Shown: positions 9,397 through 19,253, counted from the first letter of the stretch. The stretch is DNA of 43,862 nucleotides from a virus (IMGVR_UViG_3300037483_000078:1-43862); one strand, 5' to 3'. The notes: generated by a model not told the origin, from the sequence alone. Numbers and translations: made by a program.

Positions 9397-11426
9397 ACCC
9401 GCTGTGACTTCGGCACGAACTCCCCCAACCACTCCGCACCTTGGAAGGTGGACGGGAGGTAAGAGTCGTTCACAATGTCAATCGTGACACCCGAGGACTG
9501 CACCATCACCGGCACCGTGAACTTCCCTGTCGTGATGGCTGGGGTTCCGATAACGAACGAAGCGTCACCGATGATCTTCCCCGTGAACTGATAAGTGTTC
9601 ATGTCCCGCGCTCGTGGAGTAATCTCCACACGGAAGTAGCCACTGTTCACATACAGCATGGTGAACCGGCGCAGTTGAAGCCGACCGTCTAGGATGGCGT
9701 TGGACTTCGCGTCCCGAAGGAACTGCTCGGAGAAGCGGTAGCGCTTGGTGTAGTTCCGCCCGACATACGCCGGGCCGGCGCTATAGTCACCCACAGCGGT
9801 TATCGTTGAAGACGTGGGCCGCCCGATGGTGAGGTTGTTTCCCTTCTGTGTCGGGAAGCTGCCACTGAGAACAACCTCGAAACTCCCGCTGTCCGCATAG
9901 GGCAGCGTCCAGGTCGTGAGGTTGGTGCCGGAGTTGTACACGCCGGTTAGAGACGCGCGTCGGTCGAGGTGAATCTGAAAGCCAACATCGGCGTCCACTA
10001 GGCCAGACTGAAGGTTGAGCTTCTCAAGGTGGATACCGTCGGCGCGTTGTACCACGAGGTACAACATGGTGCCGATGGAAGTCATACCTAATATAGTATC
10101 GGTGGTGGCGAGAAGCCACTTCGACCAACTGGCCTGGACCTTCTCGTCTGCTCGCCAGAGATACTTATATAAGTAGATGGCGTTACGCTCGCCGAGAGTC
10201 AACGCGAACAGCGTGTCCTCGTTGGAACTGGCGATAAGCTGGAAGGTGCCGGTTGGGATGTATCGCGGAACGTGGGCGGTGATGTCCGCCGCGTCGTTTG
10301 TCAGGGCCGAGGTATCCACGAAGTATTCGCGGAGCCCACACCAGTTACCACGCTCCATGACGAAGTAGGCGTTCTGTCCGGCGGTTGCCGGGCGGCACTT
10401 GTTGGACGCCTCGAACTCGGTGGTAGGGTTGATCTGCACCGTCTTGGTCGTCAGCGTGTCCGCCCCGGTGAGGGTGAACTGCGTCTGATCGGAGAACAGC
10501 AGCAGCGACTTTGCGAACGGCACGGCATAGTTCAGCGTGGACACTTTGACGTGTGACGCGTTTACGTCGATGGGGTCCGTGTCGAGTTCGGTAGTTACCG
10601 TCTCGGACCAGTAATTGAAGAATGACGCGGCGCGAGAGAGTACGGCATTTTCGTCCGCCGTGACTCCAAGGCGGTTGCGGTGAAAGTAGATGTCTGAGAT
10701 GGTGCGGCCAATGAAGGATGGCACCGGAGAAGACACCGTGTCGCCTGCGGTGCGGTCATCCCAAGTAATCTTTGAGAACGTAAAGTCCCCGCCCGCGTTG
10801 CGGACCAGCTTGAACGGCATGGTGGCGGGGTCAATGGTGTTGTACAGGCCGGGCTTAACCACTTCCCGCCACACCGCGCCGTCCCACTTGACAAAGTAGT
10901 TGTCGAAGTTGTTGGACGGGTCTCCCGTAATCTCGTAGATGTCATTGACAGCCGGGGCTCCGGGGACATCGGCAAACTTTTGCTTTGTACCTGTGAGGGT
11001 TCCGCCGCCAAGCCCTGTGGTGAGCGCAGTCACCTTGGTCTTGTTCACGATGAACGAATAGTCCGCTACCGTAATCATCGCGAAGTCTTCTCGCGGGGTC
11101 GTGCAGTCCAGGTAGGTAAGGCCGTCCGGGGTATTCAGCGTTTGTAGGGTGCCAGTGGCGAGGTCATACACTGAGAGTGCTTGATCTTCCACGATGACCA
11201 CATAGCGCTCGGCGGAGTCACGGTTGATGTAGTGGACGAAGGCGTCGGTGCCGAGACCAGAGCGCAGCTTCTTGATGTGCTGCGTCGGGGGCCGCTTCTT
11301 CAAGCCCTCGGCGAGCGAGGACTGAGCGTTCTCCTGCACCTCTGCCTGCGACGGCAGACGAAGGGCGGGCGGCTGCTGTGAGACGCCATTGAACAGGTTC
11401 GCTATGGGCGAGTTAACCAGCGGCAT
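9393..11426 (-). CDS. Tail tubular protein B (nozzle, gp12-like)
   Basis: NLFNGVSQQP...GLKKRPP, PSFIG..I.DI.FHRNRLG and QASWSKW motifs. Confidence 0.95.
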   Translation of the reverse strand: MPLVNSPIANLFNGVSQQPPALRLPSQAEVQENAQSSLAEGLKKRPPTQHIKKLRSGLGTDAFVHYINRDSAERYVVIVEDQALSVYDLATGTLQTLNTPDGLTYLDCTTPREDFAMITVADYSFIVNKTKVTALTTGLGGGTLTGTKQKFADVPGAPAVNDIYEITGDPSNNFDNYFVKWDGAVWREVVKPGLYNTIDPATMPFKLVRNAGGDFTFSKITWDDRTAGDTVSSPVPSFIGRTISDIYFHRNRLGVTADENAVLSRAASFFNYWSETVTTELDTDPIDVNASHVKVSTLNYAVPFAKSLLLFSDQTQFTLTGADTLTTKTVQINPTTEFEASNKCRPATAGQNAYFVMERGNWCGLREYFVDTSALTNDAADITAHVPRYIPTGTFQLIASSNEDTLFALTLGERNAIYLYKYLWRADEKVQASWSKWLLATTDTILGMTSIGTMLYLVVQRADGIHLEKLNLQSGLVDADVGFQIHLDRRASLTGVYNSGTNLTTWTLPYADSGSFEVVLSGSFPTQKGNNLTIGRPTSSTITAVGDYSAGPAYVGRNYTKRYRFSEQFLRDAKSNAILDGRLQLRRFTMLYVNSGYFRVEITPRARDMNTYQFTGKIIGDASFVIGTPAITTGKFTVPVMVQSSGVTIDIVNDSYLPSTFQGAEWLGEFVPKSQRV

Positions 11427-11437
11427 TAGAACTCCTA

Positions 11438-12067
11438 CTAGAAGGTGGTGATGGTTTGTCCGAGCAGGATGCTGCCGCTATCGGGGCGGCGGTCGAGCAC
11501 GCGGGCAACCCCGTAACTGCCGCTGAGGATGTTGTAGTCAGCAGCGTCGGCTTCGGTCTGAGCCAGTTCAGCCCACGCGCTGTTCTCGTCTTGTACGGTG
11601 AACTTGTGGACCGTCTCGGAACCCAAGATGCGGGCTTGGAAGATGCGCGCTGCGCGGATGTTGACGTAGTGGCGGGCCGCTTCAGGCATCTGCTCGAATG
11701 GTAGGAAGAACGTGATGTCCAGCTTCAGGGTCTTCGTGAAGATGAACGTATGGTTGTACTTGTCGTACAACTTGTTGCCGCGCTGCACCACGTCAACGTC
11801 CGCGTTGCTCACCGATGTGTCGGCGTGCAGGGTGTTGGGTGGCAGTAGGATGTTGCCATTGGTGTCAGGGGCGATGGGGTACTCCGTCTCCGTGTTGAAG
11901 GAGAGGCGCTTCGTCTGGGCGGCGCGGGAGACCTCATTAAGAATGTTCATGGCAGTCGCCGCGTCAGCCAGCCCACTCACTTCGAGTGAGTTGATGGGGG
12001 ACTCGCCAATCGTCCCGAGCATGATGTTGATTGCTTCGAGTTCGGTTGTGGCAGTTTGGGTAGACAT
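11438..12067 (-). CDS. Tail tubular protein A (adaptor, gp11-like)
   Basis: TELEAINIML.TIGESPI...FNTE...FEQMPEAARHY..IRAAR motifs; likely start MSTQ at 12067 with GGAG upstream (the ORF track extension to 12406 looks spurious). Confidence 0.93.
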   Translation of the reverse strand: MSTQTATTELEAINIMLGTIGESPINSLEVSGLADAATAMNILNEVSRAAQTKRLSFNTETEYPIAPDTNGNILLPPNTLHADTSVSNADVDVVQRGNKLYDKYNHTFIFTKTLKLDITFFLPFEQMPEAARHYVNIRAARIFQARILGSETVHKFTVQDENSAWAELAQTEADAADYNILSGSYGVARVLDRRPDSGSILLGQTITTF

Positions 12068-12080
12068 GGGGCTCCGTGGG

Positions 12081-12117
12081 AAAGAAAAAACCGGAGGGAG
12101 AGGTTGTCTCCCTCCGG
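12081..12117 (-). terminator. Intrinsic terminator after the capsid/endonuclease genes (T-phi position)
   Basis: CCGGAGGGAGA-caacc-TCTCCCTCCGG followed by TTTTTTCTTT on the minus strand. Confidence 0.9.
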
Positions 12118-12125
12118 CTGTACTG

Positions 12126-12498
12126 TTATTGCGTGAGGTACTGAATTGCGTTGCGTAACTTCGTGACACTGTCGTGGAACTGCCCGAGCCCCTGATTACA
12201 TGTAGGACACAGCAGCCCCCCGCACTTCGCCCGTTCGATGGTCGTGGTCTACGACTAATCGCCGGAATTTGGCATGGCCCACATCGTCTATGTGAACAGT
12301 ACAAATAGCGCAGCGGTGGTCTTGGCGTTCCAGAAGCTCGCGGTAGAACTCGACCGTGATGCCGTACCGTGAAGCAACCATAGAGAGGTGGCGACAGGTA
12401 CGACACTCGGTTCGATACTTCTGGTTATCTTTTCGCCACTCAAAGTCTTCGAGTGGTTTAGACGCGCCACAAACCCGACAGGTTTGTGGTTCAGCCAT
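12126..12498 (-). pseudogene. Endonuclease VII-type HNH homing endonuclease, frameshifted
   Basis: CRVC/CRTC zinc finger, YGIT, CAIC and VDHDH.TG.VRG; removing one G from the G6 run at 12216-12221 restores LLCPTCNQGLGQFHDS...YLTQ*. Confidence 0.85.
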
Positions 12499-13424
12499 TA
12501 CGCCGTTTTCAATTCAACCGCACATTCCGGGCGAAGCACGCCATGGCCAACGGCATATTTTGCAACCACCAGATGACCCTGGCGGCGGATGTCGTATCCC
12601 ATTTCCATCGCGAGGTCGATCAGCTTCACCGTACCGACGGCCTGCTTGTTCATCACAAGGGCGGCGGTGTTGGTGCAGTCAACCTGATAGGCGGCGGGGC
12701 CGCTGTTCACGTTGGTCGTCGGGAGATGATTGGCCTTCACGATGCTGACGCCGGCAACCTTGAGAATCTTGCCGTCGGCGTACACGCCGCTGCCGCCCCA
12801 ATCACGGTTAAGCAGATCGGTCGTCTTGACCATGAGGTAATACTGCGCCGGTTTGACGTAGGCGTAGCGGTCGTTCTCGGAGATGCTCTTCTCGTCGAGC
12901 TTCTGCGCGGCGTCGAAGATACCGGCCGCCAGCGAGGAGCCGACAGTCTTGTAGTTCGCGTCGGTGAGCGAGGAGCCACCGTCAGCGCCGGTTACGGTCG
13001 CGGCAGCGCGGGCAGCCAAGACGCCAACTTGCAGCACGTTCTTGTCCCACTGATAGCCCAGCGCGCGGCCAGCTTCGGTGGAGTAGATGGAGCGTGAATC
13101 GTAGTGATTCTTCGCTTCATCAATGGCGGCGATGAACACCGGGGCGATCAACAGATCGTCGATGGTGATGACACGCTCATTGACGTTGGAAGTCTGACCA
13201 ACGATTTCGTTGCCGGCCGTATGATACGACGCGGCGACCTTCCAGGTGGCCGGGAAGGAAGCGGACTTACCGCTTGAGATGGTTTTGACGAGATGCTTGT
13301 CGCGCGAGACGTTTACCTCTTCAAAGGCGACGAGGACTTCGCCAGAGAATACTTTGAGGAACAATGCGTCGGTAGCACCAGCGCCGTTGACCTGACCAAT
13401 GTTCAGGACAGTTGCGTTTGCCAT
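12498..13424 (-). CDS. Major capsid protein (gp10-like)
   Basis: ALFLKVFSGEVL.AF...TISSGKSASFP...ITIDDLL...GHGVLRPECAVEL. Confidence 0.97.
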   Translation of the reverse strand: MANATVLNIGQVNGAGATDALFLKVFSGEVLVAFEEVNVSRDKHLVKTISSGKSASFPATWKVAASYHTAGNEIVGQTSNVNERVITIDDLLIAPVFIAAIDEAKNHYDSRSIYSTEAGRALGYQWDKNVLQVGVLAARAAATVTGADGGSSLTDANYKTVGSSLAAGIFDAAQKLDEKSISENDRYAYVKPAQYYLMVKTTDLLNRDWGGSGVYADGKILKVAGVSIVKANHLPTTNVNSGPAAYQVDCTNTAALVMNKQAVGTVKLIDLAMEMGYDIRRQGHLVVAKYAVGHGVLRPECAVELKTA

Positions 13425-13809
13425 GTGTTGTTGAAACCTTATAGAAAGTTGAACGATGTGCTCCGGTGGGAGCGGTATGGTCGTTCGCCTATCGAACTCT
13501 ATGGCTTAGTCAGGTTTTCGCTCGCAAGCGGCCAGCCCAAGTTCTTTAAGTCTATGATGGGAGAACAGTACAGCAGCGTGAAGGAACGCGGCTCCTCCGT
13601 TGTGGGAATAAGTGGGAGCCGCCGGAGCACCTAATGCTCTACACGGCGCGGCTCAACCAAATTGAACAACGAGGAGGAGGAGACTCGTGTCCACTAAATC
13701 GCTCTGTCCACGAATGGTGGACAAAGGGATTTAGTGGACACCCGGTGTTCTACATCCGGGGTCCACGCGTGATACGCTCACGCGGGCATGACAGCGCGTG
13801 GCCGTCAAA
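13425..13809 (-). promoter_or_regulatory. 385-nt structured leader upstream of the major capsid gene
   Basis: No credible ORF; several stems, including a ~25-bp hairpin at 13687-13741. Confidence 0.55.
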
Positions 13810-14763
13810 TCAATTTACAGTGTGGGCAGTCCCGAGTGGGGAGCGTCCAATCTTGTCGATGACATCCTGCGTGTACGCGGGGTCACGACCATAGCGCGGG
13901 TCTTTCTGCGCGGTGGTGGCTTCAGCCCAAGAACGGTAGATGTCACCGCTTTGGGTGTTGGGGGACTCCACATTAACCAGCGTCGGGAGGGAACCATTGG
14001 CCGCCACATAGCGAGCCTTCAGTCCCTGAATGGCGAGAGCCGACTCAGCGGCAGAGCCCATCACAGCCTTGTCGAACGCAGCGCGGTCAGCGGGGGTCAT
14101 GTTCGCACCAGCCCATGTGACCATGGCGGTGTACGCTTCTTTCCCACCCACGAGGGCGTGTGCATCACTGACGGTCTTCTCGGCGAGTGCTACCTGGCCG
14201 GAGATGTACAGGTCAACGGTGGCCTTCGGGATACCAGCAGCTTCCAGCTTCTTGTACGACTCGGCGGACAACTCTCCGTTCGCTTGGTACTCGTCATTGA
14301 ACAGGTTGATGTCCAACCCTTTCGAGGCGAGCGCAGCAGCGGCAGCGGTGTCTTCCGTTGTCTTCGCGGTGGCGGCGGTTGTCACAGCGGCGTCAGCCGC
14401 GGCGTGCTCTTCCGGCGTCTTCGCGGCAGCCTTTAAGGCAGTAGCGGCGGCAACAGCTTTCTCCGCAGCGCTTGGCTCGGTCTTCGTCGGGGCGGGGGCC
14501 GGCTTGCTACGCGCGCGTTCTAGCTCGGCGTAGGACGCCGCCATCGCTTCCGTGCGAACCCCGCCCTTGTCGGCATCCCAAAACTTCTCAGGAATGTACG
14601 CCGGCCGCTCGATCTTTGTGGGTGCAGCGACAACCGGGGCGGCGGGGGTTCCAGCGGGGGTGTCCAGCGCCGGAGCAATAGCAACACCGGATTGGTCTGC
14701 TTTCGCAACCATCGCGGCGTCGTGCTCGGGCGTACCGGGTACGGGTGTTACAGGGTCAGCCAT
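13810..14763 (-). CDS. Capsid scaffolding protein (gp9-like)
   Basis: RP.YIPEKF, A.SYAELE, GELS.ESY.KL...G, VGG.E.Y..MV.WA and DPRY..DPAY motifs. Confidence 0.93.
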   Translation of the reverse strand: MADPVTPVPGTPEHDAAMVAKADQSGVAIAPALDTPAGTPAAPVVAAPTKIERPAYIPEKFWDADKGGVRTEAMAASYAELERARSKPAPAPTKTEPSAAEKAVAAATALKAAAKTPEEHAAADAAVTTAATAKTTEDTAAAAALASKGLDINLFNDEYQANGELSAESYKKLEAAGIPKATVDLYISGQVALAEKTVSDAHALVGGKEAYTAMVTWAGANMTPADRAAFDKAVMGSAAESALAIQGLKARYVAANGSLPTLVNVESPNTQSGDIYRSWAEATTAQKDPRYGRDPAYTQDVIDKIGRSPLGTAHTVN

Positions 14764-14786
14764 GAAAATCCTCCTCAGTCTTACAG

Positions 14787-15071
14787 TTAATAGTCAGTGC
14801 AAAACGCGCCGGACGGCAGGCGAGTTGTTACCGGCTCACGCAGGGCGCCATGAGCCTTAACAACAACAGGCGCGATGGTTTCCTTGAGTACCGGCGTCTT
14901 CGACGGCTCGACGGCGGCGGGTGCTGGCAGCATCAACGGCGCCGCTTTTATGGCACCCATGACGGTCTTCTGGAACTCAGCGAACTGTTCCGCCGTTACT
15001 TCACTGGCTTTTGATACTGGTTTCTCGGACAAGATGTCCTCCTCTGGTTTGGTTGATTTACGTTTCGCCAT
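14787..15071 (-). CDS. Hypothetical protein
   Basis: 94 aa ORF packed between portal and scaffold. Confidence 0.65.
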   Translation of the reverse strand: MAKRKSTKPEEDILSEKPVSKASEVTAEQFAEFQKTVMGAIKAAPLMLPAPAAVEPSKTPVLKETIAPVVVKAHGALREPVTTRLPSGAFCTDY

Positions 15072-15077
15072 GCACTA

Positions 15078-16649
15078 CTACGGAGCCGCTTGTGGTGCGG
15101 CGCCGTTTGCCATCGCCTGCTTCGCGATGCCGCCGATGGCGTTCACGGCGGGGCCGGCGGCGGCGCTCATGGCCGACAACTGCGCGGCACGTCTGTCATC
15201 CTCGGCCCGCTCGTCGGCCGTCTTAACGAGCCCGGCGAGGTCGATGCTGAGTGCTGTGCCGACACGCTTGGCGTAGTCATCCACATGGATGTACTTGTCA
15301 GCGCCCGGCTGACTCATGGGCTCCATGTGCTTCACGAACGCATCGAGACGTGACAAGTCATATCCACGACCAAGAGCTTCGAGACCCGTAGTGATGGTCG
15401 GTTCGACAACACCAGCCGGAAGCACTGGCAGTTTGCCCTGACGTTCCAAGCGGTGGCCGATGACGCGCACGAGTGGGAGTTGAAACTCCTGCGAGAGCAC
15501 GGAGTACACACCACCCAAGCTGTCTTCCAGCTCGCCAGCCAAGTACCGAATCTCTTCGGCCGTGACACGCTCGCCGTTCCGTTGGACGGACGACTGAAGC
15601 ATGAAGGCGAACGACAAGCGCTCGGTGATGCCTTTGATGGTTTCCAAGGCAACGCGGAAGTCGTTGAACTTCTCCATCTGTAAGACGGTTACGTCGTCGC
15701 GCTTGCCAGGCTTAACTGCGCCATTCGGCGAGTCAGCGACGGTCTTCTCGGTGGTCACGCCGTTCGGGTTGACCAAGAACAACACCTTGGCAGCCGCCGC
15801 AGAACCTTCCACGATGGCCTGTGACAAACCTTCGAGGGACCGTAGGTCGCCAAAATACTCCTCGATGAATCCACGGCCGTAGTCTTCGTTATCAATAGAG
15901 GTGAAACGAAGTGCGAGCCACGGGAGCTTGTCGAGCGGATAGGAGCCCTGACTGCCGGGCACTTCAATACCATTAATCTCTTGCGTGATCTGGTACACCT
16001 TGGCTACCGCACTGCGGCGGATGTGGGTGTACACGGAGACGTTCTTTTCCGTAGTCGTTGCGGAAGCGATGACTTTACATACAGTGCGAACTTCACGGGT
16101 CAGGCCGAGCGGGTGAACATCTTCCTTCACCACCGTCTCAAGCATGTTACCCATCTGGTCGCGCTTAACCACATAGCGGTCCAAGCGGAAGCTCTTCATC
16201 CCACCCTCGGGAGGGAGGTAAGCCAAGATGTTGCCGGATACGATCAACTGCTTGAGGACTTCAAACGTCACCGTGCGAATGTTCGAGGTGTCGATGTCCT
16301 GCTTCACGCGGCGCTCCATCTTACCGAGCGCTTCTTCTATCTGTGTTTTGAGTTCGGGTTGGGTTGCAAGTTCGGGCACCTTGTCGTCGTTGATGCTGTA
16401 ACGAAAGCAAGGGTTGTTCGGCGGGAGAAGTGCGAGGAGTAACTTCGCGGACAGGTTGTTGACGCCACGGGCTCCGAGGGATTGGAACGGCGTGGGCAAT
16501 ACGGTGGAACCATCGTGGCCGTCAGGCGGCATCAGTGATGGGATGGTTAGCGCCGCAGACGAACGCGCACGCAGTAGGAACGGCGCGCGGGCGGTAACTA
16601 AGCGGTCATAGCGTTGCTTGACGGTTTCTACAGCGGTCTGCGGTTCCAT
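15078..16649 (-). CDS. Portal / head-tail connector (gp8-like)
   Basis: LTIPSL, PFQSLGARGVNNLSAKLLLALLP, EDYGRG and ERVTAEEIR motifs. Confidence 0.97.
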   Translation of the reverse strand: MEPQTAVETVKQRYDRLVTARAPFLLRARSSAALTIPSLMPPDGHDGSTVLPTPFQSLGARGVNNLSAKLLLALLPPNNPCFRYSINDDKVPELATQPELKTQIEEALGKMERRVKQDIDTSNIRTVTFEVLKQLIVSGNILAYLPPEGGMKSFRLDRYVVKRDQMGNMLETVVKEDVHPLGLTREVRTVCKVIASATTTEKNVSVYTHIRRSAVAKVYQITQEINGIEVPGSQGSYPLDKLPWLALRFTSIDNEDYGRGFIEEYFGDLRSLEGLSQAIVEGSAAAAKVLFLVNPNGVTTEKTVADSPNGAVKPGKRDDVTVLQMEKFNDFRVALETIKGITERLSFAFMLQSSVQRNGERVTAEEIRYLAGELEDSLGGVYSVLSQEFQLPLVRVIGHRLERQGKLPVLPAGVVEPTITTGLEALGRGYDLSRLDAFVKHMEPMSQPGADKYIHVDDYAKRVGTALSIDLAGLVKTADERAEDDRRAAQLSAMSAAAGPAVNAIGGIAKQAMANGAAPQAAP

Positions 16650-16656
16650 TATTTCC

Positions 16657-16851
16657 TTACGCGGGGACGTTCACACCAGACGCATCACCTACGCCACCGA
16701 CAGAGCGGTCAATGCGGAGGGCCGCGCGTCCGCGCTTGGCGGCATCACGGTTGCTGGTCTTGGTGTCGGCGCCGATGATTAGTTCGGGCGGGGTGGGCGG
16801 GATGGCGGGAGGCGGGGGCGGTTGATAGCCGGGGGCTTTCGACGTACACAT
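16657..16851 (-). CDS. Small Pro-rich virion protein (gp6.7/7.3 position)
   Basis: MC start, poly-Pro and K.G..ALRI motif just before the portal gene. Confidence 0.7.
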   Translation of the reverse strand: MCTSKAPGYQPPPPPAIPPTPPELIIGADTKTSNRDAAKRGRAALRIDRSVGGVGDASGVNVPA

Positions 16852-17063
16852 TAGAGTGTGGGGGTTTCCAGAATGTTCTTGTCCTGCTCGGCCTTGAGGA
16901 ATAGCAAGCGCTCGATAACGTCGCGCTGGCCCGCCTCGAACATGGCCTCCTCCATCGTCATTCCCTTGCGGGCGCAACGAGCCGGGTAGGCTTTATTGAG
17001 TGCGGCGATCAAGTCGTCAGAAGATGGGGGGATTGAGTTCACGCGGGAGATTTGCGGGTCCAA
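16851..17063 (-). CDS. Conserved small protein (gp6.5 position)
   Basis: IP....LI..L...YP...AGQR.VI..L pattern seen at the head of T7-like structural operons. Confidence 0.7.
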   Translation of the reverse strand: MDPQISRVNSIPPSSDDLIAALNKAYPARCARKGMTMEEAMFEAGQRDVIERLLFLKAEQDKNILETPTL

Positions 17064-17111
17064 AAGCGGGGAAAGGAACCCCCGATTTCTCGGGGATTTC
17101 CGTTTAGTGAT

Positions 17112-17136
17112 TCCAATAGTCCGCCAAACGTGCTAC
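17112..17136 (-). promoter_or_regulatory. Putative phage RNAP promoter (late operon)
   Basis: GTAGCACGTTTGGCGGACTATTGGA; matches the copies at 29369 and 32226. Confidence 0.75.
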
Positions 17137-17140
17137 CGAA

Positions 17141-17446
17141 CTATCCCACTGCGGGTTTATCCGGGTACGGAACGTCGTCCAACTGCGTCGGGCGGGACGC
17201 CCAGCGGGGATACCAGTTGTCCTCGCTTGCTTCGATGCCGCAGGGGCCGCAGGGTTGGGAGACGTTCATAATGTAGCGGCATGTGTCGCAGTTGCGGGGC
17301 TGTACTTTTGGTGTCCACCGCAGGGGGTTATTCAAAAAGTCTGGACCCTCCGTACAACTGCGGCAGTTACCACCGAGGGCGTGGTCATCCTCAAGATCAT
17401 ACTTACAATCACAACACCGCTTCGCTGTCACTTTGGTGGATTCCAC
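17141..17446 (-). CDS. Cys-rich hypothetical protein with repeated CxxC
   Basis: CCDC, CRSC, CDTC and CGPC motifs. Confidence 0.6.
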   Translation of the reverse strand: MESTKVTAKRCCDCKYDLEDDHALGGNCRSCTEGPDFLNNPLRWTPKVQPRNCDTCRYIMNVSQPCGPCGIEASEDNWYPRWASRPTQLDDVPYPDKPAVG

Positions 17447-18183
17447 AGGCGTACTCTCCTCTTCTTGAAGTCATAGTCGGATGCGCGGCAGATGCGAGCC
17501 AGCCGGGCGTTGAGTAGGGCGTCTTTTTTAGTGAGACCGTGTTCGATGTAGGCGTCAACCACCCGCTCCCACAGTGTGTCCCCGTTCTCCCCTTCCAGAA
17601 TCTTCTCGGCCTTCTTTGGGCCGACACCAACACAGCCTGGGTAGTTGTCTACTCGGTCTCCGGTGAGGGTTTGGAACATGTGGTTGTAATCAGCTTCGGA
17701 CTGAACAATCTTAACCACCCCATCCTTCGGGTGGTTCGGGTTGTACAGAAGTCCGGGGATGGTCTTCATGTCCTTGTCGATGGACACGATGATCTTCCGG
17801 CCGCCGATCTTCCCACCACTGGTGGCGAGTATGCCGAGCACGTCGTCGGCTTCGAGTGTGGGGCGGATGAAGGTGTACCACTCCTTCTGCATGAACTCAC
17901 GCAGGGCGGGTATCATCTCTGGCTTCTCGCCACGGTTCGCCTTGTACTCGGGGTAGAGTGCTTTCCGCCAGTTTGCCTTGTCGTCAGACAGCGCGAGTAC
18001 CACTAGATCGGCTTTCAGCTCTGCCGCTACGTCAGCGATGTGCCGGCGAATCTCTTCGCAAGCGTTGTCCGCATCGTTCACGTTGGAGACAACTCCGTCA
18101 CCCCAATCGTAGGTTGCGGTGTTTCGGAAGGCGAAGCGGTAACACAGCGGGTCTGCGTCGTAGAGGATGGTGGTCATCCGCAA
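17428..18183 (-). CDS. 5'-3' exonuclease (gp6-like)
   Basis: ILYDAD, YPEYKANR, LEADDVLGI, SIDKDMKTIPG and GDRVDNYPGC.GVG.KKA motifs. Confidence 0.95.
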   Translation of the reverse strand: MRMTTILYDADPLCYRFAFRNTATYDWGDGVVSNVNDADNACEEIRRHIADVAAELKADLVVLALSDDKANWRKALYPEYKANRGEKPEMIPALREFMQKEWYTFIRPTLEADDVLGILATSGGKIGGRKIIVSIDKDMKTIPGLLYNPNHPKDGVVKIVQSEADYNHMFQTLTGDRVDNYPGCVGVGPKKAEKILEGENGDTLWERVVDAYIEHGLTKKDALLNARLARICRASDYDFKKRRVRLWNPPK

Positions 18184-18428
18184 TACTTCTCTTTCAGCGA
18201 CACACCCGCAAAAGCGCCCAGCGGGACTTTCGTTATGGTGATTGGGATGCCGACGACCATGAAGCCTTCGGGAAGAGGCGCCGGAAAGACATATGGACTG
18301 AGTTCACGCACCAATTCCCGACCCTCAGAACGTGACAACTCAATGGACTCAATGGTGCGGCAGTTCCTATCCGCCGCCTCTTTTGCATCTGTAATTTCTC
18401 TCAGGATGGAGCGGTAGATGATCTTCAT
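18174..18428 (-). CDS. Hypothetical protein
   Basis: ATG at 18428 with AGGAG upstream; ATGA overlap with the previous gene. Confidence 0.6.
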   Translation of the reverse strand: MKIIYRSILREITDAKEAADRNCRTIESIELSRSEGRELVRELSPYVFPAPLPEGFMVVGIPITITKVPLGAFAGVSLKEKYCG

Positions 18429-18655
18429 GGCTGCTCCTGCGGCCGCGGTCCCGAGCACGCGCCAAGCACAACGATACGCTCCGGGTCTTCCCACACGCTC
18501 GCCTTTCCCTGGGCGATAACGTCCACCACCACGGCCGAGCCGTTCCGGCGTGTGGCAATCACCGTGCCAGTATGTAGCACAGCGCGGTTCCCCTTACGCA
18601 TGGCGTAGGCAACGTGGTCGCTTACTTTAATTTCGCGTCCGATAGCGTCTCTCAT
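18425..18655 (-). CDS. Hypothetical protein (SH3-like beta barrel pattern)
   Basis: D..GREIKV.D.VAY pattern; ATGA coupling. Confidence 0.6.
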   Translation of the reverse strand: MRDAIGREIKVSDHVAYAMRKGNRAVLHTGTVIATRRNGSAVVVDVIAQGKASVWEDPERIVVLGACSGPRPQEQP

Positions 18656-18864
18656 TGTCTACATCCCTCGATACGTTGTTTGGTTTGCCGCACGCCTTCG
18701 TGCGGGCCGGTCCACGACGGTGTCCCGTAGGTGGACTGTGCGTTACCAGCGGGCGGTTCCGCGCACGGACGCATCCGCTTCATGCCGGTGAACACCGACA
18801 CGATTAGCGCGGCGCCGACGATCAGCGCCACCAGCGTCTTGCCGTCGTCATCAGGCGCCGTCAT
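18652..18864 (-). CDS. Small single-pass membrane protein
   Basis: Hydrophobic segment LVALIVGAALIVSVF; ATGA coupling. Confidence 0.55.
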   Translation of the reverse strand: MTAPDDDGKTLVALIVGAALIVSVFTGMKRMRPCAEPPAGNAQSTYGTPSWTGPHEGVRQTKQRIEGCRQ

Positions 18865-19253
18865 GTCTCCTCCTTCTCACCCTTCTTATTGAAGTGGCGC
18901 GATGTCATCCAGCCGGGGAACGCGCCAAACGTGGCGGCCGGCACGAGCCATTGAGCGTCAGCCGGCAACGCCTGTGCGGCGGCCTGCACCATCTCGGGGT
19001 GAGTCATGCCAAACAGGAAAGCGATGGCAGAGCCCAGCGGGCGCGCCAGTCCCTTACTTACGTCTCCCAACGCGTACACGATCTTCACGAACGCGTCGGC
19101 GCGAGGTGTGGTGGTGGTGCTGAGTAGCTTGAGCGCAATCTGCTGCTTGAGTTCCTCCGCCTTCAGTGCAAACTCGGCGGCCTTATCTTTGTCTGGGAAG
19201 AACTTCCCCGCGAAGCCAACGAGGTCGTCCAATAGATCAATCGGTGTCTTCAT
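18861..19253 (-). CDS. Putative holin (3TM / GTA-holin-like)
   Basis: KFFPDKDKAAE...RP followed by hydrophobic segments and a basic tail. Confidence 0.6.
   Translation of the reverse strand: MKTPIDLLDDLVGFAGKFFPDKDKAAEFALKAEELKQQIALKLLSTTTTPRADAFVKIVYALGDVSKGLARPLGSAIAFLFGMTHPEMVQAAAQALPADAQWLVPAATFGAFPGWMTSRHFNKKGEKEET

Noticed and set aside
13687-13741. IS3-family inverted-repeat ends (TAGTGGACAC similarity)
   Set aside because: No transposase, no matching TG..CA termini on both arms and no target duplication
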